From: Paragordius varius
Lineage: Eukaryota > Animalia > Nematomorpha
DNA length: 64,000 nt
Direction of reading: 5' to 3'
NCBI GenBank assembly: GCA_964247055.1
Contig: OZ176055.1
Coordinates: 9,610,001-9,674,000 of the forward strand
This document shows positions 37,801 through 48,900 of the stretch, in pieces; position 1 is the stretch's first letter; every line of letters begins with the position of its first letter. The notes below the pieces were generated by a model that did no database searches, had not been told where the DNA came from, and saw only the letters and a program-made list of their open reading frames with translations. A program made the translations under genes and the position numbers.

Positions 37801-39155
37801 CGAACAGCCAAGTTTTATATTATCGAGATGGACATCCAACGCTTGTTGCCGGGTACACAGTAAAAGATATTGCAACTGGTTTGGATGATACACTCTTTGA
37901 TAATAACTCGCCTCCTTTTGATTTAGCAAGTATGCCTTTGTTTTCTACACTCGAAATTAAAATTATTAGGCAAAACGTTAAGACTAGACAAATTTTTATC
38001 TAGAATACCACCATCCATATTTTAATAAAATCTTGATTTTTTAGTATAACTTATTATTGGGCTCCAAAATAGGATAATAGAGGTCTTATTTGTTCGTAAA
38101 TCAACTCTTTTATATAATTCAAAATGTGACAAAATAGTTTATTTGGAAAAATGATAATATTTAATAATATATGGTTGTTTTTTAATTCTTACGCTTTGTC
38201 TGTATATAATTACATTATTTTACTGTACTTTTTATACCAATCAAAAAATAATATTCTTTGTTCGCCATAGACACATTGCAAGAACGGGAAAGTTTTTACA
38301 ATGATTGGTATGTGGGTTGGGATAATTTACAATACTCAACTATGCATTTAACAAAGAAAGCAGCCGCTTTAAATCCTATCAATTCTCAGAACCCGGGAAA
38401 TAAATCCATGTCTACAAACAAAAAATTAGCTAGCTCAACAATCAAATCATTTTCTACGCAGTCTATTAAAAATCGGAGATCAATGGTCTTTAGCTCAGAA
38501 TGCTTTTATTTTCAAACTATGGGTTCGAATGATTCTCTTAAAAAGGACGCCATAAGAATTATTCCCAGAAGAGTGTATGTTGTTGGGACGAGCGATTTTT
38601 TGTATCGCCGTGGGGCTTTCCGCGATGCCAAATTCGTAATTTCCAACTATTTTTAATTATTTATCTCATTAAAGCCATGTTTATCATTGATTTTCGTTTT
38701 GAAAATACCCCATGTTTGTGGGAATACAATTAGCTTTTAAACTCTGAGATGATTTAATTAATTAGTTTAATGGCGCTATTTATACGACTAAAAAAATGTT
38801 AAATTTAAGAGATATATAAATTATTTTGGATTAATTTGATTAATTTTTTTTATCTGCATAATAGAGTCATTATCAAATAACGAAAGGCAAGTTTGAAAAA
38901 TTTGCCGTATTTCATGAAAGTTGGTTACAAAATAATGCATTACCGCATTGCACGAAACCGGCTTATACGGTTGAAGATTTTATTGGACATCGACAACATT
39001 TTCCTGCGCTAGAAACACAAATCATAGGATTAGATGATGATAGAAATAATGTTGCTGTAAAAGATTCACTCGATTTTTTGTTTGATAACAATATCCAATC
39101 TATGTTATTCCCTCCGTATCGAATATATAGGAAATATATTTTAACCGTAAAATAA
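4317..39155 (+). CDS. SIN3: SIN3 transcriptional corepressor (PAH1-3, HDAC-interaction domain, C-terminal domain), 37 exons, about 2510 aa
   Basis: Phase-consistent GT-AG exons: 4317-5052, 5120-5431, 5547-5832, 6529-6820, 8128-8259, 9089-9175, 9693-9744, 10486-10644, 11249-11293, 11721-11985, 12565-12743, 13130-13200, 15265-15418, 16064-16288, 16952-17106, 17844-18003, 18778-18980, 20151-20382, 20811-20908, 21406-21515, 22006-22230, 23093-23218, 29378-29561, 30168-30298, 31338-31537, 32330-32620, 33015-33095, 33235-33284, 33711-33954, 34879-35048, 35540-35731, 36208-36503, 37066-37346, 37429-37660, 37709-37929, 38271-38635, 38865-39155 (7533 nt). Motifs: [95 protein letters not shown]. Donors of exons 1, 11 and 14 are the least certain. 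Confidence 0.93.
5710..6650 (+). other. SIN3: SIN3 PAH1 domain (exons 3-4)
   Basis: [41 protein letters not shown]|[35 protein letters not shown]. Confidence 0.92.
6805..7610. repeat. Tandem array, about 8 units of 85-115 bp, starting at the SIN3 exon 4 donor
   Basis: Recurring AGTACGAAATGATATTTAAT...AAGCTATGACGAGTTTTTACTTGGAAAAATTTGAATTAGGGTAGTTTTT. Confidence 0.85.
7628..7911. mobile_element. MITE family A (~285 bp, TA-flanked, CAGT...ACTG)
   Basis: TA|CAGTAAAAATT..ATTATACG...TTTTACTG|TA with ~90-bp imperfect TIRs; at least 25 related copies or fragments in the window. Confidence 0.85.
7912..7958. repeat. (TA)n microsatellite
   Basis: Pure TA run directly after the MITE-A end. Similar runs near 10021, 22482, 23990, 29220, 34850, 39950 and 60883. 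Confidence 0.95.
8218..11943 (+). other. SIN3: SIN3 PAH2 domain, interrupted (exons 5-10)
   Basis: [14 protein letters not shown]|[25 protein letters not shown], then about 132 aa, then [31 protein letters not shown]. Confidence 0.88.
9322..9671. mobile_element. MITE family B (TA-CCATTTAC...GTAAATGG-TA, 21-bp subterminal repeats)
   Basis: Left arm carries TTCAAATTCACCC units and right arm GGGTGAATTTGAATTGTTCAA units; shared core with other copies. Confidence 0.8.
12090..12495. repeat. Three degenerate ~140-bp tandem units in SIN3 intron 10
   Basis: TGGTTTTTGATTA...ACGATAGGTTATATGTAGAAAGTAAGGTTGTCAAG present three times. Confidence 0.75.
13182..14560 (+). repeat. ~80-bp minisatellite containing the 3' end of SIN3 exon 12 and its splice donor
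   Basis: The real junction GTTATAAAGGATGAATTT|GTAAGC (13200/13201) recurs 14 more times as TTTATAAGGATGAATTTGTAAGC or ...GTAAAC, with small variants. Confidence 0.92.
14561..14766. mobile_element. Hairpin MITE family C
   Basis: TA|CAGTAT...CACTG|TA with internal inverted ACAGTAGTGTATGGA / TCCATACACTACTGT and TTGCAACAC / GTGTTGCAA. Confidence 0.75.
16479..16737. mobile_element. hAT-like non-autonomous element
   Basis: TIRs CAGGGGTGTTCAAC / GTTGAACATCCCCTG with GCCGCCCG-type subterminal motifs. No 8-bp target duplication visible. Confidence 0.55.
17080..18003 (+). other. SIN3: SIN3 PAH3 domain (exons 15-16)
   Basis: YAFFDR|[54 protein letters not shown]. Confidence 0.85.
17622..17823. mobile_element. 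Hairpin MITE family C (degenerate)
   Basis: Same internal palindrome as 14561 and 21663 (CACTATAGTAGGG, TTTGCAACAC, TTCCATACACTACTG). Confidence 0.65.
18252..18674. mobile_element. MITE family B, with 7 tandem 21-mers in the right arm
   Basis: TA|CCATTTACAGTTCAAATTCACCC...(GGGTGAATTTGAATTGTTCAA)n...GTAAATGG|TA. Confidence 0.88.
21663..21854. mobile_element. Hairpin MITE family C, best copy
   Basis: TA|CAGTATGCATT...CATTAAAATGCATACTG|TA; the last 17 bp are identical to the end of the 4.2-kb foldback. Confidence 0.85.
23211..23430 (+). repeat. 119-bp tandem duplication containing the SIN3 exon 22 donor
   Basis: TGAGAAG|GTTAGTTT at 23218/23219 and again at 23337/23338; both units end AAAAGTTTTGGAAAAAGCAAC. 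Confidence 0.8.
23885..29395 (+). repeat. ~165-bp tandem array containing the SIN3 exon 23 acceptor, split by the foldback element
   Basis: TAG|ATTAAAAG(C/T)TAAAATCGA with AG at 24038, 24227, 24392, 24617, 28932, 29097 and the real site at 29376. Each unit also has a MITE-A-like right end (AGTATAGTTGTCCCTTTTTCAAAAAA...TTTTTACTG) and a TA run. Confidence 0.9.
24644..28819. mobile_element. 4176-bp foldback (long-TIR) non-autonomous DNA transposon
   Basis: TA|CAGTATGCATTTTAATG...CATTAAAATGCATACTG|TA. Arms at about 24644-26669 and 26813-28819 are reverse complements with scattered substitutions and small indels, around a ~143-bp spacer. Internal ~118-bp direct subrepeats; no transposase ORF. Confidence 0.93.
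30327..30693. mobile_element. MITE family B
   Basis: CCATTTACAG, TTCAAATTCACCCTTGAAC units and right-arm GGGTGAATTTGAATTG units. Confidence 0.8.
30973..31191. mobile_element. Hairpin MITE (separate family)
   Basis: GAATAATGTATTTT..GACCATATGTTAATTTGTTGGCTTTTTTAGATG...TTATTTAGCAGGG mirrored by CCCTGCTAAATAA...CATCTAAAAAAGCCAACAAATTAAC..TGGTC..AAAATACATTATTC. Confidence 0.75.
31581..31879. mobile_element. MITE family A
   Basis: TA|CAGTAAAAATTGAAATTAT...ATAATTCCAATTTTACTG|TA. Confidence 0.75.
32095..32335 (+). repeat. Four ~65-bp tandem units ending in the SIN3 exon 26 acceptor
   Basis: TTTTACTCAAATAT...TAG|ATGA with AG at 32129, 32194, 32258 and the real site at 32328. Confidence 0.8.
33369..33656. 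mobile_element. MITE family A
   Basis: TA|CAGTAAAAATTGGAATTATACGGACAAAA...TTTATCCGTATAATTTTAGTTTTTACTG|TA. Confidence 0.88.
33988..34393. mobile_element. MITE-like element
   Basis: TTCAAGTTGGTCCTTAAA near the left end and its reverse complement TTTAAGGACCAACTTGAA near the right end. Confidence 0.55.
36848..37048. mobile_element. Hairpin MITE with CAGTCATGTA terminus
   Basis: CAGTCATGTATGTTTAGAATTGTCAAAC..CGTTTTTAATTGATTTTACTTT mirrored by AAAGTAAAATCAATTAAAAACG..GTTTGACAAATCTAAACATACATGA. Confidence 0.7.
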
Positions 39156-39381
39156 GAATTGTAAAAACGCATCGTTTGCCGTTTAATAGTAAAATTTTAT
39201 AATTTCTAAACATACATACATATATATATATATATACTTGTTTTTACGCCATAAATAAATTTATATAGTATAGGCACATTTCTATATTTATTACATATAT
39301 AATGTATAAATAAATGTATTTCATAATAATTTTATAAATATAAATAAATTTTGAATTGTATGGTGAAATGAGTTGCTTATA

Positions 39382-39945
39382 TTACAACTTTGTAGTATCT
39401 AGGATTAGAAGTTCGTCTTTTACTAACTCAGATACTATTGGTTTTTTCATATCAGTATGTATATTATGTTGAATGGGTGTTTGTTGAGTTGAGGCAAGGA
39501 GACAAAATACCTTTTATATGTAAAGCATATTTTTAATTAATTTAGCAGAATAAGCTCTAAAAATGCGGTTAAAAGATTTTAGAATGACAGATATAACCTG
39601 ATCTAAACTGGATTGTGTGACTGAGTAATCTTGAAGATAATAAAGTTCTCTAACGTCTTCCAAAGTTTCAAATACTTGAGATAATTGTAAGTTTTGCTGA
39701 GGTAAATGTATCTAATATATTTAGCAAGTTGTAACATAAAAACTGTTTAAGTAAAAATTAATTAGGGATACGTATTATTGAGAAAAAGTGTTACCAGTAA
39801 CTGATTGCGATGTTTTTGTTTAATAACGAATGGTGGCAAGGAATTAGTAAGGTATTCCAGAAAACGATCCATACATATATCCATAGACACTTCAGCTCTT
39901 AATTTTATATTTACAAAATATCCTTGGCCATATCTATAACAAATT

Positions 39946-39980
<35 letters not shown>

Positions 39981-42900
39981 TTAACAAAAATTAGTTTAAA
40001 TACAAAGCTTTTTCCCAAAAAATTGTAACTTAATGTGCATGAAAATTTCTATATTTCGATTTTGGCTAAATATGGGGACAGTAAGCCTCATAAAGCACTA
40101 TGAAAATTCTCTTGATATATGTTTTCCAAGGGTTATTAAATTTTGTTGAAATTGTACTTGCTCTTTAGGTGTTGCAATGAACCAATACATTTCAATCTCC
40201 CGTTCACCATAATCCCAATCTTTGAGCAAAGTATCTCACATTCTTCCATAGTGTGAGACGTGAATAAAATGCATTTGTTTTGAGCAATCATTTCAAGAAT
40301 ACAATTCCAAAGGAAACGGCGCGATGACGGATCCATCCCTAAAAATAGAATAAAATTATTTTTTTTATCATGGTCGATAGAATTTTCTAAATCAAAATGC
40401 TTTAACGGGAAAGTCAATTCTAATGCTTTTGAATTTAATCGATTGAATAATAAAATAATGTTAACCAGTTGTTGGTTCATCTAAAAGTATGATTGGTGGA
40501 TTTCCCAAGAGAGCTATGGCAGTTGCCACTTTACGGCGCGTCCCTTCTGAAAGGTAGGCAACCAAAACGTCCTCATAACCCATGAGATTTAAATTTTCAA
40601 TGCACCAACACACAACCTAGGAAACATAATAATCAATTTAATCTTTCAGACAAAATTTTTTATTTGAGCTGTAAAAAAACCTCTTTAATTTTGATTGGAT
40701 GAATTCCTTTGATACGTGCATAGTATTCAATTATTTCGCGCGTTGTTATAAGATGGTCCAACGAATCCTCTTGTGAACAATATCCCATTACGTTGCGGGA
40801 AGCGGATTTATTAGTGACAATACTTTGACCCTTGACAAAAATATCACCGTAAGTTGGAAAAATTTCGGATGTTACCATTTTGAATGTCGTAGTTTTACCT
40901 TTATACAGATAAATATTTCAAGAAAATCTATTTTAATCCAATTTTTGAGGCAAATAATATTGAATTTTATACAGTAAAAATTAAAATTATACGGACGAAA
41001 CGCGAAAATATAAAGACAAATTTTTTCTAAAAGACAACCAAATTTTTCAAAACCTTAATGTTTCCCATGTAAGCTACTTAGTTACGGTTGTAAAACATGG
41101 AATTGATTATGTAGTATTATATATCTCTATTTCACACTTTGCCATTTAAATTAATGAGTATTGATAAAAATCTAGATCTAAAAATAGTTGTTTTTTAGAA
41201 AAGAATATTTGTCTTTATATTTTTACGTTTAGTCCGTATAATTTCAGTTACTATACTTACCAGCCCCATTCGTCCCAAGTAAACCAAAACATTCTCCAGG
41301 TGCGACGGAAAAACTTAATTGATTTACGGCATATAAGCCGTTTGTAGCAAATATTTTGGTAACATCTCTACACAAAATTGCAACATTACAAGGATCTGTT
41401 TTGGCAGTTTTATCAATTTCTAACTGAACGTCTTCATCAATGGCCAAGTGATTGTCATAACCATTTAATGCAACTTTTTCTACAAAATGATAATAAATAA
41501 AAAAACACTGCGCTGTCAAAATAGAAGGAAATACTTTATACAGCATATTTCTGGGGAATTTTTTCTCGTGTAGTCATAATTAAAGAAGACGTCAGCAAAA
41601 AGTATTCAAACGATTAATTTAATACAGAGCCACATTTCGTATATTTAAGATTTAAATACAAAAAACGAATTTGCGAGAAAAGGTAGCGTCTTTTAATCAA
41701 TTAGTTTATATCAATTATTGCCTAAAAAGAACATTTGCGACACGGACAGCCTTTATTTCATCAGTAGAAAAGGCTATTGAGAGTCATCGTTGGCTGGTAG
41801 AAACATATAGTAAACATGTTCCGTAGGTTAAAACATGTTACTCATGGCTAAAATTTAAAAGTTAGTGTATTTCATGTGAATAGTGTGGAGTTAGGTAGAA
41901 GTGCGAAGGCGCTAAATTGCAAGAAACAACAATTGGTAGAAGTATTACGTGTATCACAAAAAAATTAATAGATGTCTACGAGATATGGGAAAAACGATAA
42001 TCTTGGTAAACGGGTTCTCAATTTGAAAAATAAAATCAAAAATCGCAGGGTAATTTGTGAAATGTTTTAACATTACAAAAAAAATCTTTGGTCAGGGCGA
42101 TCAAAATGTTGATTATTGGCTTTTAAACATTTTGCCCACCTCTCAGATGATTTAATGCCATGTCAGAAAAACTGATTGTATTTGGCGAATTTGAAATTGT
42201 TTAAGTGCTGCTCTAAAGGTGTGTGCTTCATATGTAATAGTTTAATGGTGCTATGTCAGGAAAGTTCAGCCAATAGAATTTTCCATCAAAGCCTTTTCAA
42301 AATGTCTTTCATAGTGTTTTGTCAGACTAATCATGGTCATTTAGCAAAATCAGTTGGCCAAGTCTTATAGCTAATTGTGGTCATTTTTTCGATTAATACA
42401 TGTTTAAATTAATTATTTGTTGGCGATAGCGTTGTGTATTGACGATTTCACCGGGTTTAAAAACTCATATTGAACACGCTAAATTGCTTGAGTTATTGAA
42501 TGATGACCCACTCGAAATTCAGACGTCATGCTCAAAAAATAATAAATAGAAATCTACAAGCTATGGGAAGGACGAATAATCTTGCTAAATAGGTCCCGTT
42601 TTAATAAACGTCAAATCAAAAATCACAAAGTGACTTGTGAAATACTGCTTCATTCATCACAAAGCATCGAATTGTGACGGGTGATGGAAAAATGACTTTA
42701 TTTTGTAAATCGAAAACGGAAAATTGTGTTTACCTTGCTAATCCGTTTCATCGACATCAATGTTAAATTGCTTCCGCAAGAATTCATTTCTGTGTTTGTT
42801 GGGACTAGAGCGATATTGTTGAATATGAATCTTTAAACCCCTAAAACCGCCAATACACAACGCTATCGCCAACAAATGATTAATTTAACCATGTATTAAT

Positions 42901-45900
42901 CATATAAATGACCGCAATTAGCTAGAAGACACATAGCAAAGTGATTTTGCTAAATGGCCATGATTCGTCTGACAAAAGACCATGAAAGTCATGTGGAAAT
43001 GGCTTTGATGAGAAATTTCGCATTCGCTAATCTTTCCTGACCTATCACCATCGAACTTTTTCGTCATCGTATCAATGAAGTACACACTCGTAGAGCAAGG
43101 AGTTGGAAAATGCGTTGATGAATAATTTTCCACAAAATACCATCAGTTTTTCTGGCAGAGAATGGCGAAATGTGTAGAAGCCGATGAACAACATTTTGAA
43201 TTAAATTAATAATTGACTTTAAAATTACGTTTTTTACGAAAAAACCGGTAAAAACTTATCACTACAACTGGTATAGTTAAAAAAGTCTCGAAAACATTTC
43301 CATAGTTGATTTAAGTCACAGATTTTGTGCACAGTACAGTAAAAATTTAAATTATACGGACAAAACGTAACAATATAAAGACAAATATTTTTTTCTAAAA
43401 GTCAATCATTCTTTTTATATCAATTCAATATAACTGATTGTTTTAAAATGAAAAGATTAAAATAAGTAATGTAAATTGGTAAACAAATCCCTTATATTAC
43501 GATTGGAATTATATGATTTTTAAAAGATAAATTAAGGTTTAAAAGAGTATGGTTGTCTTTTGAAAAAAATATATGTCTTTATATTATTACGTTTTGTTCG
43601 CATATAATTTAATATATCTAAAAAATTTTGTGAAAAGGTTAAATAAAAAAACTAAAACCCTTCCGGTTGCCATTCATTTGAGGTGCAGACATAAAATGAT
43701 CTTTTTTTCGTTCCAAACACCATTGAATAAATGTGGGATGTCGTTCCACATAACTCCTAATGTAATCATATTCCAAAGCAATAACCATTACAAATGCAAT
43801 TATGCCTATAACTATGAAACTGGCTAATATTTTGCCCGTATTATCCCAGGCATATGGAGAAGGCAATGAAGGATTGTTCCCAAACCTTTGTTTATACAGT
43901 AAAAATTGGAATTATACGGACAAAACGTTAAAATATATGGACAAATTCGAAAAGATAATCAACTATATTTTTTAAACCTGAATTATACTAAATTTAACAA
44001 AAATTGATAACTTAATCAATTATATGTTTACGATTGTATTAAATGATTATACTAGCATAAATTAAGGTTGAAATGGTTGTCTTTTATAAAATATCTGTTT
44101 TTTACATCTTGTCCGTATAATTTAGATTTTTACTGTACATTACACTTATTTATTATGGAAAAAAAATAAAAATTAAATAACTAATATTTTTTATAAATAA
44201 TGATATCTTACAATGATAAATATATATGATCCCTACTTTTGAAACTCAGTGTGCATTTCTATTCCTTGTGTAGTAAACCAATAACTATCGGTTATATGTA
44301 AAAAATCGAGGCCAAAAAATATGGTTTTCCTTATAAAATTTGTCTTTTACATTTTATGTTTTGTCAATATATTTAAAATTTTTACTACGTAAAATTTTGT
44401 GGTTATCGCCATCAAAGACAACTTAAGGGTTATGCTATACATTTTTTTAGCCGACAATACTTAAGCGCGATTGATTAAATCTCAAAATCTTATAACCGTT
44501 AAAACGTTAAAATTTGTAAATTTTAAATAAACACATAATTCAGCCGGTAGTTTTATTTAGGGGGACTTTTTAGAGTGTCTTATGTATCGAAAATACTTGG
44601 GGGAAATACTTTAAAGCTGTATCCTTAACAATGTTATTGATGGCAATGTTGAGTAAACCACGACCCAGTCCATATTGTGGAAAGATGAGGAACACATTCT
44701 TTAAAATCCCATTGAAATATTGTATGGTAGAAATGTCAATAGTCTCCAAAATTAATGTTATAAGGGTACACACCGCCCCAATAATTAGGTTATAACTGGC
44801 TAAGGTAACAAAAGCTGTCCCATATTTCGTGAATATCCAATTAAAGGCATACAGATAAGGTATTAGTGCCCATCTAAGTTAATAAAGAATGCAAAAAGAC
44901 TTTTACCAACAAAATTATTTTATGAATTTACAATTTCATGGTTAATCAACAAAATCCATTCTAAATATTATTGTATTTGGAAACGAAATTTTTTTTTTTC
45001 ATTTTTATAAAAAACTGCCCAATTTTCCCAGGATTATTTCTAATTCCCAGGATTATTCAACCTTGCATAACAATAAAAGCCAACTTGTCAAAATCAATCA
45101 ATCAATCATATACCCATAAAAAATGAGGAGAAGTACAAACATGGCAAAAGCTCCAAAACCAATGAAGAATTTTTCATTGAATGCCATAAAAATTAGGATA
45201 ATTAAGCATATTGTTATGCAATAACACATGAAATCACACACAAAAGTTGCCGCCCAGTACACGCTGGGATTAAGGCTTGACACGAATTGTAAATGCTTGG
45301 AATGGGTTGTCCTTTCCCAAACCACATTACTTGTGTAGGATGCCGGGACAAATGAAACTGCAAACAAAGTTGCGATCGATATGGTCATATAAACGGCCAA
45401 CGTTATACTATTATAAATATGAAAGAAAGTTAAGAAATATATATATATATAAACCCAAAAGAAATTATGGTCTTGGACAAAAACTCTAAAACCTTATTAT
45501 GGTGGCCTTTTAAAGAGGGGAATATTACCCAGCGGTTAATAAAAAGATCACTCGACCAATACTTTCATTATTTTAGTCAAAATACTGATATTATAAGGAC
45601 AAAACGTAAAAACATTTAGACAAATATTTTTTTCGTAAAGACAACCATATTTTTTAAATCTTGATTTTTTTTATATATAATTGATTGTTTTAAACTGCAA
45701 AATATAAACTAGAAATGTAAATTTATAGCACAATATATTATGTAGTTTACGATTGCAAGTAAATAGTTTATATAGCAAAAATGAGGATTAAATAAATATG
45801 GTTGTCTTTTCAAAAAAAAATGTCTTTAAACTTTTGTCCGTATAATATCAAATTTTACTGTATAAATATATATCGCAAGACTTATATAATAAAGTTATAA

Positions 45901-48900
45901 AACAATCGAGTGTTATAAAACCGTGGCTCAAAATTGGCATAAAACATTGAAATTTTAGAGTTAAAAAAATATAGATAAAAAAGTTATCTTAATAAAAACA
46001 ACCTTACTTTTTCAAACCTAAATTTTTCTATATATACTGATGAATTGCAATTTTAAATTATAAAAAAATTAGATCTCTATTCCCTATGATGCGACGTTAA
46101 ATGATTATATAAATGAAAAAACAAGGTTTAAAATAATAATGTTGTTTTTCAAAATAAATTTACATTTTGTCCGTATAATTTCAATTTTTACTGTATATTT
46201 CACCTTATATCCAAAATTAAGTGATAAAGTGATTTGATAGGATGGGAAAATGCCAGCATCCCAAAATCATCCAATCTTTGATTAGGTGAATGGATCTAAA
46301 AGACATAAAAATATATTAAATATAGATGTTTTTAAAAGAAACATTGGCAATTTATTAATTAAACTTAATATTTTTCATGCTGTTATATATATATTTACGG
46401 GTGATGTTATCCCACTGGCAATGATTAAGTTATTGCCCAATTTTTCAGTTAGCATTTGATTAACTCTCGATTTCAAATACGCATTGTGATAAAGGTTTAA
46501 GAATGCGGGCATAGACGGGTAAATCCTATTATCATACCAAATTTTTATGTAAGTTTTGGGTTGGGCTTCGAGGTAAGGACTCATATATTTATGCGTTTCC
46601 CCAAACACTTTGGTTAAGGCGGGTGGCGAGTGTCGCAAAAATGTCCGAATAGTTTCACGCATGAAATGTTTGGTAGCAAGTAAATCTGTTTCCGTATCGT
46701 CAAACGTTGCATTGGTTACTGCGCTAACATTCTTATTCTCAGTTTTATTTTTCCTTAGAGGGGTGGCATATTTTCGCGTAGGTACATTTTCAAAACCACC
46801 AACTCTTTGAAGATTGAAAGCATACGTAGTTTTAACCAGATATTCTGATAACGAGTCGAGTTTCTGTGTATCTGGTATCTTGGAATCCGTCAGATTAACT
46901 AATGTGTATGGTCCAAGCGTTTGAATTAATCGCGGTAAAGGTCCCGCCGCACCTGGCTCACAATAGTAATGAACAATGGCATGTTCCACGTCTCTACGTA
47001 GGAGGGAATTAACATTGGGACAAAAACATTTTGGGCAATTTTTGCAATAATGATTACGCTCCACATCTATATATGTGCTGCCATTATTGGACATGTTTAA
47101 GTAGCCAACTACATTATTTTGGATTAGCTTAGAGTTTTGGGTCTGTTCAGACAACAATCTTTCAATGCTACCTCTTACATGTGGATTGGAATAGAGAATT
47201 TTGGCAGCTATATAGTCACTCACATCATGCGATAGGAATAAATTGTTTTCATGCTTAGGCAAGTTTTTAGATGGGCTAAAATCAACTCTTTCAGACTCAG
47301 ATACTAATTGTGAAACAACAGCTCTTTTAATGTTGGTTTGGTTGTTGTCAAGCCTATTGCCAAGTTTATAATCAAAAAAATTGGTTTTAGAGGCTTTTTC
47401 TGCTTCTAACCAAATTTTTATACCATCACTATGGGCAATTAATTGGGCTGGGGTGTAACCTTTAGGCCCTTTTTTGTACAGAGCTTGTGGAAGGCACAGT
47501 TTGTTAATTATGTGCCGCTGCATTTTTTCATATACGAAACGGGAACCTAGCTCATTCGATCCACCATGGATACGACTACTTGTGCTATATAATAGTTGAC
47601 GAACATTGTTTGAATTTATATTATTATTATTATTATTATGTTTTTTCAACAAATCCAATCTATTTTGCGACAAAGTTGAAACACTTTGGTGAGATTGTTG
47701 AGGTTGGAATAAATATATGCATTGGGTGGTGTTTGCTATATATTGGGATGTATTATATGTCGTCAAAGACTTTACAATACCATCAAACGTTTGACTTGAA
47801 AGCGCTTTCTCCTCTGATGCTTTTTCGTCCACTCGTGAATTCCTATCAAAGTTTAATAATTTATTTAATGTGTACATGATAAAATTTTAACCTATATTTT
47901 TAATTATATACAGTAATTTGAAATTATCGGGACAAAACGTAAAAATATAAATACAAATATTTTTTTTCTAAAAGACAACCATACTTTTTAACTTAATGTT
48001 TCCTATATAAGCTACTTAGTTACGATTGTAAAATATGGAATTGATTGTGTTAGTATTATATATCTCGCTTTCACACTTTGCCATTTAAAACAATGAGTTA
48101 TATTGATATAAATTTAGATTTAAAAAGTATGGTTGTTTTTTGGAAAAGAATATTTGTCTTTATATTTTTACGTATTGTCCGTATAATTTCAGTTTTAACT
48201 GTATTATCTGGGAGGTAAAATTATTGTTTTTATAAATATTATGTCTTCCTAAAGATTTAATGTGTAATAAACTATGATGGTTTTTACAGTAAAAATTGAA
48301 ATTATACGGAGAGAACGTAAATATATAAAGACAAATTTTTCTTTTCAATACATAACCATACTTTTCCAACCTAATTACATTCAAAAAAGACATAATTGAT
48401 TATGTTACCAATATATTCCATTTACAGTTTCAAACAATAAATAATTAAATAAATCAAGATTAAAAAATATGATTGAAAAAAATATTTGTCTCTATATATT
48501 TATTTTTTGTCTGTATAATTTCAATTTTATTGTAATGTTTTTTTATATTTTTAATTATTATATAAATATTAATCATACTTACTTTTTATTCACTGATCTA
48601 CCTACCTTCTTTTGAAAATAAACACAAAATTATTTAATTGGGTGTTTATCCAATTTTATTTTATCAATTTTTAATACAACTTTTTAAGTCTGCAACCTTA
48701 ACTATTAACAGGGATTTATACCAGAACCGGTTTTTATTTTAAAATCTAAAATATAGTACTTATCGCTGAAGTACTCCAAATATTAAAAATTTAAATAATA
48801 CAAAAAATTATTCAAACAATGTTAACAGTAAAATATAAATCAAATATAAAAAATTAAAATAGTTTTCCGAGTCCATGTTTGTGTACAGTAAAAATTGAAA

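Noticed and set aside
42176-43133. Two similar short ORFs (42176-42370 +, 42918-43133 -) as a small gene pair
   Set aside because: Both are antisense readings of the two inverted mariner C-terminal copies.
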